The translations under genes and the position numbers were made by a program. A DNA stretch of 63,864 nt, filler included, from an uncultured Ignavibacteriales bacterium (GTDB lineage Bacteria > Zixibacteria > MSB-5A5 > GN15 > JAAZOE01): the NCBI GenBank assembly GCA_964611355.1. It is 3 parts of 3 records of this genome, joined end to end, with 100 filler letters (N's around TTAATTAATTAA, not from the genome) between each part and the next. Parts side by side here need not be neighbours in the genome. Positions count along the whole stretch, not along the records: positions 1 to 22,406 come from CAZSYD010000038.1; 2 more parts are not named here. The stretch is one strand, 5' to 3'. The first letter of the stretch is position 1. Every line of letters begins with the position of its first letter. Shown piece after piece: positions 10,154 to 19,201 of the stretch. The notes beneath the pieces were generated by a model. That model was given only the letters and a program-made list of their open reading frames with translations, had not been told where the DNA came from and did no database searches.

Positions 10154-10609
10154 ATGAAGTTTGGTTCAGTTGATGAGATCCTTGATTACGCCATCCGGAA
10201 GGAGCAAGAAGCGGCCGATTTGTATACGTCGTTGGCCGGCAAGGTGGAAAAAAAGCATATGAAGGCTGTATTTGAGGAGTTTGCTCTCGAAGAAAAAGAC
10301 CACAAGGTAAAGCTCGAGAAAATTAAAGATGGTAAGCTGGATTTCTCTCCGTTATCGCAAAAGATAACGGATCTGAAAATCGGCGATTATTTGGTAGACA
10401 CCTCCCCTGATGCTAACCTCACTTATCAGCAGGCGTTAATCATAGCGATGAAAGAGGAAAAGGCGGCTTTCAGGTTGTATAACGATCTGGCTGCGTTGAC
10501 TTATAACCCTGAATTCAAACAGATTTTCCTCGGTCTGGCCCAAGAGGAGGCAAAGCACAAGTTACGGTTTGAGATCGAGTACGATGACATGATCCTGACA
10601 GATAACTAA
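10154..10609 (+). CDS. Ferritin-like / rubrerythrin-family diiron protein
   Basis: Repeated ExxH motifs (EEKDH, EEAKH); RBS AAGGAGG. Confidence 0.85.
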   Translation: MKFGSVDEILDYAIRKEQEAADLYTSLAGKVEKKHMKAVFEEFALEEKDHKVKLEKIKDGKLDFSPLSQKITDLKIGDYLVDTSPDANLTYQQALIIAMKEEKAAFRLYNDLAALTYNPEFKQIFLGLAQEEAKHKLRFEIEYDDMILTDN

Positions 10610-10634
10610 TGAGAATAGTAAGTTAAAAGGAAGT

Positions 10635-11153
10635 GTGATGATTAGTAAGAAAATCCAGGACGCTTTAAACGACCAGGTGGCTGCTGAATTCTATTCGGCA
10701 TACTTGTACTTGTCAATGTCCGCATACCTGGAATCTATCGATATTCCCGGGTTTGCCCACTGGATGCGAATCCAGTACCGGGAAGAAGTTACCCACGCGG
10801 AGAAGATATTCGATTACGTTATTGAGCGTGACGGCCGGGCTGCCGTTAAAGCCTGGGAGGCTCCGCCAACAGAATGGAAGTCGGTCCTCGACGTATTTGA
10901 GACAGCCTATGCCCATGAGCAAAAGGTAACCAGCCTGATCAACAACCTTGTCGATTTAGCTCTTGCTGAGAAGGATCATGCCTCGTACAACTTCCTTCAG
11001 TGGTTTGTGAATGAGCAGGTCGAGGAAGAAGCGTCCGTCAAGGCGATAGTCCAACAGCTCAGGTTGTTTGGCGATTCGAAGGCCGGGCTGTTCCAGATCG
11101 ACCGGGAGCTTGGACGGAGAACTTTTGCGCCCCCGGCCGACACTGCACAATGA
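10635..11153 (+). CDS. ftnA: Non-heme ferritin
   Basis: EFYSAYLYLSMS, EEVTHA, HEQKVT, FLQWFVNEQVEEE. Confidence 0.92.
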   Translation: MMISKKIQDALNDQVAAEFYSAYLYLSMSAYLESIDIPGFAHWMRIQYREEVTHAEKIFDYVIERDGRAAVKAWEAPPTEWKSVLDVFETAYAHEQKVTSLINNLVDLALAEKDHASYNFLQWFVNEQVEEEASVKAIVQQLRLFGDSKAGLFQIDRELGRRTFAPPADTAQ

Positions 11154-11183
11154 TACCAATTGAACCTGCGTAAGGAGGACAAT

Positions 11184-11759
11184 GTGGCAGACCTGAAAAA
11201 TACACAGACGGAGAAGAACCTTCTCACTGCTTTTGCCGGTGAGTCTCAGGCGCGGAACCGCTATACCTATTTTGCCGGCAAGGCTAAAAAAGAAGGTTTC
11301 GTCCAAATCGCGGACATATTCGAGGAAACCGCCAACCAGGAGAAAGAACACGCCAAACGGCTTTTCAAGTTCCTCGAAGGCGGCGAGGTCGAGATTCGAG
11401 CCGCTTTTCCGGCGGGGGTGATTGGCAATATGGCTGAGAACCTGAGGGCCGCGGCCGGTGGAGAGCATTACGAATGGGAAAGTATGTATCCCGATTTCGC
11501 GAAAGCGGCAAGAGAAGAAGGTTTCAATGAAATCGCATCGGTTTTTGAGGCTATCGCCATAGCTGAAAAGCAGCACGAGAAACGGTACCTTGATTTGCTG
11601 GCGAATATAGAAGCGGGAACGGTCTTCAGGAAGGAAAAGAAGGTAGTTTGGCGATGCCGGAACTGCGGGTACCTTCACGAAGGTACCGAAGCGCCCGATG
11701 TTTGCCCGGCCTGTGAGCATCCGCAGGCGCACTTTGAACTACTGGGTGAGAACTGGTAG
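11184..11759 (+). CDS. rbr: Rubrerythrin
   Basis: [35 protein letters not shown] start after AAGGAGG. Confidence 0.95.
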   Translation: MADLKNTQTEKNLLTAFAGESQARNRYTYFAGKAKKEGFVQIADIFEETANQEKEHAKRLFKFLEGGEVEIRAAFPAGVIGNMAENLRAAAGGEHYEWESMYPDFAKAAREEGFNEIASVFEAIAIAEKQHEKRYLDLLANIEAGTVFRKEKKVVWRCRNCGYLHEGTEAPDVCPACEHPQAHFELLGENW

Positions 11760-11861
11760 AACGCCAATAGTCCGGAGAAAGGATTCGTTTGCTTGATCGC
11801 CCTCAGCAACGGTTGGGGGAGGCCAAGTGGAGTTCACTCGAAGACTAACAGGTTACTGAAA

Positions 11862-13007
11862 ATGCTTGATTTCATAGCCGCAATCCTTACGGAGAGTTGG
11901 CTGGTTCTCGGCCAGATGGGGCCTTACCTGCTGTTTGGTTTCCTGGCCGCCGGAATGCTGTCAGTATTGATTTCACGGGAGTGGGTTGAACGCCACCTCG
12001 GCGGACACGGATTCGGGCCCGTGTTGAAAGCCTCGTTGTTCGGCGTGCCGTTGCCTCTATGCTCGTGCAGCGTAATTCCGGTATCGGTGTCCATGCGCCG
12101 GCACGGCGCGAGTCGCGCCGCGACGACAGCGTTCCTGCTTTCTACGCCTCAGACCGGCGTGGACAGTATCGCCGTTACCTACGCCCTGCTCGGCCCGGTT
12201 TTTGCAATCTTCCGACCGCTGACAGCTCTTCTCACCGGCTTGTTTGGCGGTGAACTGATACGGCATTATGGCGAGCAAAACGCGGCGGTGGCCGCAGACG
12301 GATCAACACCCGCTGCCGGCACCGACGTCTGCTGCGCGGGAGGACACCGAGCGAGCATTCCGGGCCGCATCTTGCGTTATAGTTTCGTGGCGCTGCCGCG
12401 GGACATCGGCGCGGCCTTACTGGTGGGAATTCTCATTGCCGGAACAATGGCGACGGTTATACCGAAGGATTATCTGGCGTTATATATAGGCGGCGGCGTA
12501 CTGTCAATTCTGCTAATGATGGCAGTGGGCATACCGTTATATGTGTGTGCCACCGCATCCGTGCCCATCGCCGCCGGATTTATACATATGGGCGCTTCTC
12601 CGGGCGCGGCCCTGGCATTCCTGATCGCCGGATCGGCAACCAATGCCGCAGGATTTGCCGCCATCTGGAAGGTATTGGGCACGAGGTCTGCTCTATTATA
12701 CCTTTCGACCGTTGCCGGCAGCGCACTGGGCGGCGGGCTACTTCTGAACCGGGTGATTCCGATGACGGGCTCGTCGCTGCCACAGCTTGCCGATCATGCC
12801 CACGCGCTGTCGGGAGGCAGCTGGTCGCATCACGTCTGGGCTGTCCTGCTCCTGACTGTGCTGGCATTTTCATACATATCGAAGGCTCATCCGGGAGACG
12901 ATGTTAAAAACGCGGGAAAGAGCGGCGGGGCGGCAACCGTTTATTCTCATGAAGGCGGCTTTGATATCCCGGCGGGCGACACCTGCTGCTCCCATGGAAG
13001 CAGATAG
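11862..13007 (+). CDS. SO_0444/DUF318-family metal permease
   Basis: GVPLPLCSCSVIP, STPQTGVDS, PLYVCATAS; His/Cys-rich loops. Confidence 0.85.
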   Translation: MLDFIAAILTESWLVLGQMGPYLLFGFLAAGMLSVLISREWVERHLGGHGFGPVLKASLFGVPLPLCSCSVIPVSVSMRRHGASRAATTAFLLSTPQTGVDSIAVTYALLGPVFAIFRPLTALLTGLFGGELIRHYGEQNAAVAADGSTPAAGTDVCCAGGHRASIPGRILRYSFVALPRDIGAALLVGILIAGTMATVIPKDYLALYIGGGVLSILLMMAVGIPLYVCATASVPIAAGFIHMGASPGAALAFLIAGSATNAAGFAAIWKVLGTRSALLYLSTVAGSALGGGLLLNRVIPMTGSSLPQLADHAHALSGGSWSHHVWAVLLLTVLAFSYISKAHPGDDVKNAGKSGGAATVYSHEGGFDIPAGDTCCSHGSR

Positions 13008-13032
13008 AGAACTGATCTATTAAAGGACGCTT

Positions 13033-14220
13033 ATGAATATAACATTGCGAGAAAATATTGACTGGGTCGGGTATGTGGATTGGACCATCCGCGACTTTCA
13101 CGGCTACCGGACCGAACAAGGCACAACTTATAACGCCTATCTCGTTCGGGACGAAAAGACAGCGCTGATCGACACCGTCAAGGCTCCCTACAGGCAACAT
13201 TTACTCCGGAACGTTTTAGCCTTAACCGCACTGTCGGGTATTGACTACATCGTCTGCAACCATGCCGAGCCTGACCATTCCGGAGCCCTTCCCGAAGTTA
13301 TGGCGGCGATACCCAACGCGACACTCGTGTGCGACCAGAAATGCCGGGCGGCATTATCCGGATATTACGACATTTCCGACTGGAGAATCCGGATTATTGC
13401 GAGCGGCGATACGATATCTCTCGGCAGGCGGACGCTTCAATTTGTCGAAACGCCGATGCTGCACTGGCCTGAATCGATGTTTACCTATGTCCCGGAAGAG
13501 AAGCTGCTATTCTCAATGGACGCTTTCGGGCAGCATTATGCGACCTCGCAAAGGTTTGATGACGAGGCGTCATTATCGAATATCATGGCTGAGGCCCGGA
13601 CTTATTACGCCAACATAGTAATGCCATACGGCGCGCGCGTCGCAGCAACGCTGAAAAGCGCAGCCGGGCTCGATATCGAGATGATCGCACCGAGTCATGG
13701 ATTGATCTGGCGCAGCCACATACCGGAAATTATGAAAGCCTACGGAAACTGGGCGCTCTGCCGTCCAAAGCCAAAAGTGCTGATAATATACGACACCATG
13801 TGGGACAGCACCGGCGAGATGGCGCGGGCTATTCTCGAAGGAGCTTCTCTTCCCGGCGTTGAGGTGCAGCTTATTTACATCCGCAGCTCAAACCTTACTC
13901 GGATAGCGGCTGAATCACTTGACGCCGCCACTATTGCTTTTGGCTCATCCACGCTCAACTCGGGAATGATGCCGATGGCCGCGGCAGCTCTGACGTATCT
14001 GAAGGGCTTAAGACCCGCCGGTAAAGCCGGCTTCGCTTTTGGTTCATACGGTTGGGGGCGAGGCGGGCCGGAGGCAATAGATGAGTATATGAAGGCCATG
14101 AAATGGGAAATATTGCGTGATCCGCTCAAGGCCCGGTACCGCCCTACAGCGGAGATACTGGATGAATGCCGCAGCGCCGGGAAGCTGCTGGCGACAAAGG
14201 CAAAGGACTTGGCTGAATGA
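13033..14220 (+). CDS. fprA: Flavodiiron protein (FprA/ROO)
   Basis: HAEPDHSG, HWPESM, DAFGQH, APSHG, flavodoxin domain FGSYGW. Confidence 0.93.
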   Translation: MNITLRENIDWVGYVDWTIRDFHGYRTEQGTTYNAYLVRDEKTALIDTVKAPYRQHLLRNVLALTALSGIDYIVCNHAEPDHSGALPEVMAAIPNATLVCDQKCRAALSGYYDISDWRIRIIASGDTISLGRRTLQFVETPMLHWPESMFTYVPEEKLLFSMDAFGQHYATSQRFDDEASLSNIMAEARTYYANIVMPYGARVAATLKSAAGLDIEMIAPSHGLIWRSHIPEIMKAYGNWALCRPKPKVLIIYDTMWDSTGEMARAILEGASLPGVEVQLIYIRSSNLTRIAAESLDAATIAFGSSTLNSGMMPMAAAALTYLKGLRPAGKAGFAFGSYGWGRGGPEAIDEYMKAMKWEILRDPLKARYRPTAEILDECRSAGKLLATKAKDLAE

Positions 14221-14283
14221 AGATGACGGTAGAATCGACGAATCGATCTTTGGTTTTCTACTCAATGCAAAGGAGAACATAAA

Positions 14284-14445
14284 ATGAAGAAGTACGTCTG
14301 TAATGTCTGCGGATGGGTTTATGACCCTAAGGTTGGGTTGCCGGAAGAAGGTATTGATCCGGGCACTTCGTTCGAAGATCTCCCTGAGGATTTCGTTTGC
14401 CCCGAGTGCGGCGCGGGTAAAGATGAATTTTCTCCGGAAGATTAG
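14284..14445 (+). CDS. Rubredoxin (53 aa, not in the ORF track)
   Basis: [44 protein letters not shown]. Confidence 0.95.
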   Translation: MKKYVCNVCGWVYDPKVGLPEEGIDPGTSFEDLPEDFVCPECGAGKDEFSPED

Positions 14446-14749
14446 CGGTATAATCTTCCGACTTCCTGCTGCTTATCGCAGGAGAGTTTGAGTAATTAAC
14501 GCGAGGTTTGCCGTATCTTCTGCGCCACGGCCGTAAAGAAATCGAAAACGTCCAGGCGCATAGCCCTGCCCGTGCGACTTTGACCGAGTCTATGCGGCAA
14601 AATGCTAATTAAAGAAAAGCCAAAACGGCGAGTCATATCAACTGCCTTTCGGGTATTAGGCAAAAGTCCTTGTGAATAAAGGAACTGCCTCTTATCTTAA
14701 AACCGAATATCCCTTTTTTATCAAATATGACTGTGGCCCCGATTGGTAT

Positions 14750-15799
14750 ATGGGAAAAGACAGTGACCATGAAGTTGTAAAACGCTTTCTTGAGGAGCCT
14801 CGCTCCAGGGAACGTTTTGACGCCTTTTTCGAGTTGTGTTACCGGCATATTCTCGGATTTTTGGGATATCTTAGGGCCAGGGGATTTCTACTGCCGATCG
14901 AGCAAAAATCCGATCGCGACCCGTTATCCGATCTCGCTATTGATGTTCTTGGGCCTTTTCTGCAAAGCTCCGGCAATCGACCATGCGTGTTGGTTTTTGA
15001 TTTCTTCCACAGGCGGGGAATTACCGATTTTAAATCGGCTGATTCGGTCAAGCTTTACGACTTATTCAGGTCTCTCTTGTTTGGATTCACCCGCCAGGAA
15101 CTGAGCCGCCTGAGAAAAGACGCCGACACTCAACTCGATCATCTCAAAAGACGGTTTAAAGATGTTCTTAAAGGCGACGAATATACTTCGTTTTCGACCG
15201 GAAACGACCGAATCGAATACATCAGGCTCGCCAATGTTGAAACGGACAAACACGAGAACCGTCCGATGATTTTATATGACAGGTTGACGGCCTTGGTTGA
15301 GAATGCCTACCACCAGAGCAAAAGCCGCAAGGAATGGTGCCGGAATATCTTCAATGCTCTGAATGCGGAGATATCAGTTCAGAACTGCCTTAAAAAACAT
15401 GAACTGCTCAGTGCGGTGGTAACGGTCAACATGAAATATGTTGAGGTTGACGCCCTGATACCGTCATACTCCCAGGCAGCCGATAACGGCATCCTGAAAG
15501 AGGCGATTGAAATCGCCAAAAAGCAGACTCTTGCCTGGTTGGATAAAAACGTATTGCGAAAATTCGTCCAAAAGGATCGTATAACAACCGAAGTTGCTGA
15601 CCGGTTCCGGGATGCGGCGGAACGGTATTTGTCGGATCTTGCTCACTCGCCGGGGGTTGACCTGCTTCCCGTGTATTTCAGAGAGGTAATGCCGGAAAAT
15701 GAACACAACCGTTACCTGAAAGATTATAAACATATCTTCGAAACGACTATCCGCAAAGCCGAAGATGATTTCAAAAAAAGATTAAGAAAAAACCTATAA
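14750..15799 (+). CDS. Divergent ECF-sigma-factor-like protein (alternative GTG start at 14672)
   Basis: N-terminal pattern resembles sigma region 2 (FDAFFELCY..DLAIDVL..FRSLL..RQELSR); basic C-terminal helix; lies upstream of a zf-HC2 gene. Confidence 0.5.
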   Translation: MGKDSDHEVVKRFLEEPRSRERFDAFFELCYRHILGFLGYLRARGFLLPIEQKSDRDPLSDLAIDVLGPFLQSSGNRPCVLVFDFFHRRGITDFKSADSVKLYDLFRSLLFGFTRQELSRLRKDADTQLDHLKRRFKDVLKGDEYTSFSTGNDRIEYIRLANVETDKHENRPMILYDRLTALVENAYHQSKSRKEWCRNIFNALNAEISVQNCLKKHELLSAVVTVNMKYVEVDALIPSYSQAADNGILKEAIEIAKKQTLAWLDKNVLRKFVQKDRITTEVADRFRDAAERYLSDLAHSPGVDLLPVYFREVMPENEHNRYLKDYKHIFETTIRKAEDDFKKRLRKNL

Positions 15800-15833
15800 A
15801 AACCAATTATGGTATCTATCTTAAAGATGTAGA
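15794..15833 (+). promoter_or_regulatory. Bipartite motif, copy 1: CTATAAA-N11-GTATCTATC-N5-GATGTAGA
   Basis: Same spacing of the first two blocks as copy 2 at 19028; precedes the anti-sigma gene. Confidence 0.65.
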
Positions 15834-15852
15834 GAACTATGAAAGGTAAATT

Positions 15853-16707
15853 GTGCATCCGCCAAAAGACAAACTGAAGCTTTTTGTTGAACGCCGGCTG
15901 GATATTTCAGAGGTCGAGCCGATCAAAGACCACCTCGAAGAATGCGAATTCTGTCGGCAGTTCTGCGAAAATTATCGCTTGTTGCTGGATTCCCTGAATA
16001 AAACAAAAAACCAAAAAATCCCGCCCGCCGCCATGGAACTGGCCGACCGGATATTCCGACAAGCTATGAAGGCCAGTATTATTCATCTTTTCCCGCTCAC
16101 TACGGCTGAAATCGAATCAATCATTCTCCTCGCCGCCGACGGTCAAAAAAAACCGACTCCAACCGTGCAAAACCTGACCACTTTGTATTCCGAAGACCCG
16201 GAGGTCGTTCTGCGCGTCATGCGCGACCCTGACCGCGATCACGACTACCTTCAGTTAATCAGCGATGACCCCGGTCTGGTGTCTTGTGTCATGGTGCAGC
16301 TTCCCGAGCTGGGCCGCGAATATATCACCGATGAAAACGGCCACGCTGTCATCGAAGGCGATACTCCTGAAGAATGCGGCAAACTCAAATGGCAGATCAA
16401 AATGCCGGACGCCGTCTTCGATCTCGAACCGCTCGTTTATGATCCAAACAAAGTCGAGTATTCCGGAGAGACCATCCTTGAAACCGAAAACAGGGATAAG
16501 ATACGGGTAACCTTCGAGGGAAAAACCGAAGGCAAACAGATTACGCTTCGCATAATCGAACTCGACGGCAAAACCGATTTCGGAAACATCAAGGTATTTG
16601 TTTCCCAGCACAAGATCGGCAGGCTGATCAAAGCCGGGCCGAATGAATCGGTCACGTTCGACATAGCCGATCCGGAAAGTTCGATAAATATCAGGTTGTT
16701 TCAATAA
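15853..16707 (+). CDS. Putative soluble anti-sigma factor (zf-HC2) with beta-rich C-terminal domains
   Basis: MHP..DHLEECEFC (H-x3-C-x2-C); no TM helix apparent. Confidence 0.7.
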   Translation: MHPPKDKLKLFVERRLDISEVEPIKDHLEECEFCRQFCENYRLLLDSLNKTKNQKIPPAAMELADRIFRQAMKASIIHLFPLTTAEIESIILLAADGQKKPTPTVQNLTTLYSEDPEVVLRVMRDPDRDHDYLQLISDDPGLVSCVMVQLPELGREYITDENGHAVIEGDTPEECGKLKWQIKMPDAVFDLEPLVYDPNKVEYSGETILETENRDKIRVTFEGKTEGKQITLRIIELDGKTDFGNIKVFVSQHKIGRLIKAGPNESVTFDIADPESSINIRLFQ

Positions 16708-19023
16708 ATGGGCGTATCGCCGTTACAATTCGCCAAAAATTTCGCCCGGCTGAAATCCGACCTGCCAACTTTGTTGGCACCGGATTTGAAGCTGCTTCGT
16801 TTGATCCGATTCTGGCCCGATCTTAAACCGCTGGCAGGTAAAGTATCGTACCGCACGTATTTTGACGAATACATTCCCTTCATTCACCATCTCGTTACCG
16901 AACAGACGTTGTTTGATTTTTCGATCGACGAGCTTTCGGCTCTCCGTGACATTCTCCGCTCTTTGGATGAGTCAAACGAAACCGAATCGACGCGCGACCT
17001 GAATAGTCATAAACTGCGACTTGTTACTTACAGGCTGGCGACTATTCTCTGCTATGTCGGAGACTTCGAAAAGGCGATACCGCTTTGTGCCGAATTATCC
17101 GCTGATGGAGATATCGCTTTTCCCGATAGCGAGGATTTGGAAGATCTGGATGCTTTCGATGCGCTGCGGGTTCTTTCTGAAAGATACAAGCCCGAACATC
17201 CGGCTTTGGGAAATATCCTGAAGGACATCTATGAATGCTGGGAAGGCGAAAGGTCGTGCCTGAATCATGACCGCGCCTGGTGCCTGTTTGTGGAGAAAAA
17301 TCAAATCGGTCAGGCAACGCGCGGGCGAATGAGAACGCTTCACGGAACGGTTGAGCTTCGCGCTCCACTGAAAAAAGATGGCGACGCCCCTGACACCGTC
17401 ACCTTCGACAACCAGGTCAAATCACCGGATGACCCTTTTATCGGTGTTGTCTATGATTCCCTGACAGCGGTCAGGAATCTCCTGAAAAAGACCCGCTTTT
17501 CAGGTAAGGCGGACGGGTCATATCGAGCGTTTTTCTCCATACCGGAAAGTCGGCAGACGTTCACCGGCGATTCGATAGGTCTGGCGGCGGGGCTGGTGGC
17601 TTATACTCAGCTTCTCAAAACAGAAATCATGCGTCAGGAGAGGTTTGTCGCTTCCGAAGTTGCTTTCACCGGCGGCCTTGACGCAGACGGCAGACTGCTC
17701 CCGATAGACAAAGACACGCTGGGTGTCAAAATCGAGCGGGCGTTTTTCTCGCCGGTAAAATATCTGGCTCTGGCCGAAGAATGCCTTGCCGATGCCGGAG
17801 AATACCTGAACAGCCTGTCCCGCAAATATCCTCGCCGCCGTTTGCTTCTGATCGGCCACGAACGCCTGACTGACGTTATTGAAAACCACAACGTCGTCCG
17901 TTCCCAAAAGGTCTGCATCGGCGAGTTTGTGGTCAGAAAAGCGGCCAAATACAGCCGCGCGACAAAGGTCCAAGTGCCGATAATGCTGATCTTATTATAC
18001 TTCTTTCTATGCCTGATATACCCAAAAGCCTGGGTCTTTTTCGACTGGAATCCCCAGTATGTGAAGTTTAATGCATCATCCACAGGATTTGTTGCAATGA
18101 ATAAGGATTCCATTCCCTTGTGGTCAGTGGAGTATGAGTGCAATTCTATTGATACAACATCCAGTTGGAGAATCGGCGACCTTAACGGCGACGGGAGAAA
18201 CGAGGTGGCGTTTGTTCCAGGAGCTTCAAAAACGTTGCGTTGTGGAAGCAATGCAAACCTCTTTGTTTACGATGACGATGGCACTCTGCTGTTTCAACGA
18301 TATTGCGCAAAAGACGATGAGTACCCCGGCACCCAACCACCATGTGGTGTTAAACCAGTGGTGGTTGAGAAGGTTGGTGACAGGAGCATAATCATAACAG
18401 GAGCCACACGATCCTTCCCTGCTCGGCTATACCTAATGTTCTGGAATCACGAAGGCGACTTGCTCGGCTGGTATATAAATGCCGGCTACAGCGGAGCCTT
18501 TGGCAGCAACTTCTTACGCTATTCCGATTCGCAGTTCGTATTCCTGGGCTACAACAATAGGATGGAATGCGCATGTTTGTATGTTCTGGAGCCATATTCA
18601 AGTTATGGCGTGTCTCCACCTTATACCGATCCAGGCTATAATCTCGATAATGTGAAGCGGGGCAACCAGATATACTACGTGCTCTTTCCGCGTTCTGACC
18701 TGAACCGAGCAGTATTTGCCGATTACAACTCCCCGGGCGGACTCTTTCTCGAGTCTGACGGCCGCTTCAGGGCCGATGTCTTTGAGCGGGACGCTAAAAG
18801 TGCGGCACTCAGCTACTATCTTGACAGCAGCTTTCGCGTGGTTAATGTATCGTACGACGACTGTTTCCGACCATGCCGCGACAGCCTGGTCGCAGAAGGA
18901 AAGCTCTCAGCTATCAATTGGTCAACATACTGCAACAATTTGCGCGACTCTTTGACCTACTGGAGGGAGTCCGGCTGGGTAACAGAAGGCCAACGTCGCA
19001 AATCCGAACAAAAAGCAAAATAA
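16708..19023 (+). CDS. Single-pass membrane protein: cytoplasmic Lon/S16-type Ser-Lys protease domain plus external FG-GAP domain
   Basis: FTGDSIGLAAG..VAFTGGLDADGRLLPI..GVKIERA; TM segment VPIMLILLYFFLCLIY; GDLNGDGRNEV. Confidence 0.75.
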   Translation: MGVSPLQFAKNFARLKSDLPTLLAPDLKLLRLIRFWPDLKPLAGKVSYRTYFDEYIPFIHHLVTEQTLFDFSIDELSALRDILRSLDESNETESTRDLNSHKLRLVTYRLATILCYVGDFEKAIPLCAELSADGDIAFPDSEDLEDLDAFDALRVLSERYKPEHPALGNILKDIYECWEGERSCLNHDRAWCLFVEKNQIGQATRGRMRTLHGTVELRAPLKKDGDAPDTVTFDNQVKSPDDPFIGVVYDSLTAVRNLLKKTRFSGKADGSYRAFFSIPESRQTFTGDSIGLAAGLVAYTQLLKTEIMRQERFVASEVAFTGGLDADGRLLPIDKDTLGVKIERAFFSPVKYLALAEECLADAGEYLNSLSRKYPRRRLLLIGHERLTDVIENHNVVRSQKVCIGEFVVRKAAKYSRATKVQVPIMLILLYFFLCLIYPKAWVFFDWNPQYVKFNASSTGFVAMNKDSIPLWSVEYECNSIDTTSSWRIGDLNGDGRNEVAFVPGASKTLRCGSNANLFVYDDDGTLLFQRYCAKDDEYPGTQPPCGVKPVVVEKVGDRSIIITGATRSFPARLYLMFWNHEGDLLGWYINAGYSGAFGSNFLRYSDSQFVFLGYNNRMECACLYVLEPYSSYGVSPPYTDPGYNLDNVKRGNQIYYVLFPRSDLNRAVFADYNSPGGLFLESDGRFRADVFERDAKSAALSYYLDSSFRVVNVSYDDCFRPCRDSLVAEGKLSAINWSTYCNNLRDSLTYWRESGWVTEGQRRKSEQKAK

Positions 19024-19027
19024 TTTT

Positions 19028-19066
19028 CTACAAATCGCTCGGTTAGTATCTATCCCTTGATATAGA
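19028..19066 (+). promoter_or_regulatory. Bipartite motif, copy 2: CTACAAA-N11-GTATCTATC-N4-GATATAGA
   Basis: Matches copy 1; precedes the secreted FG-GAP gene. Confidence 0.65.
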
Positions 19067-19201
19067 AAAGACACGTTAACGGAAGTCTTTAAGGGATCAG
19101 TCAGGTTTTGTTGACAGAACCCAGGGTGGCTTGGTCAACAGCGCCGGACGAGAATTGGCGAAAACCTGAAACTTCGCGAATTAAAGAAGGAAGGAACTGA
19201 C

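Noticed and set aside
16708..19023. Housekeeping Lon or RadA
   Set aside because: No Walker A/AAA+ or RecA domain; only the protease-like domain is present, plus a TM helix and ectodomain
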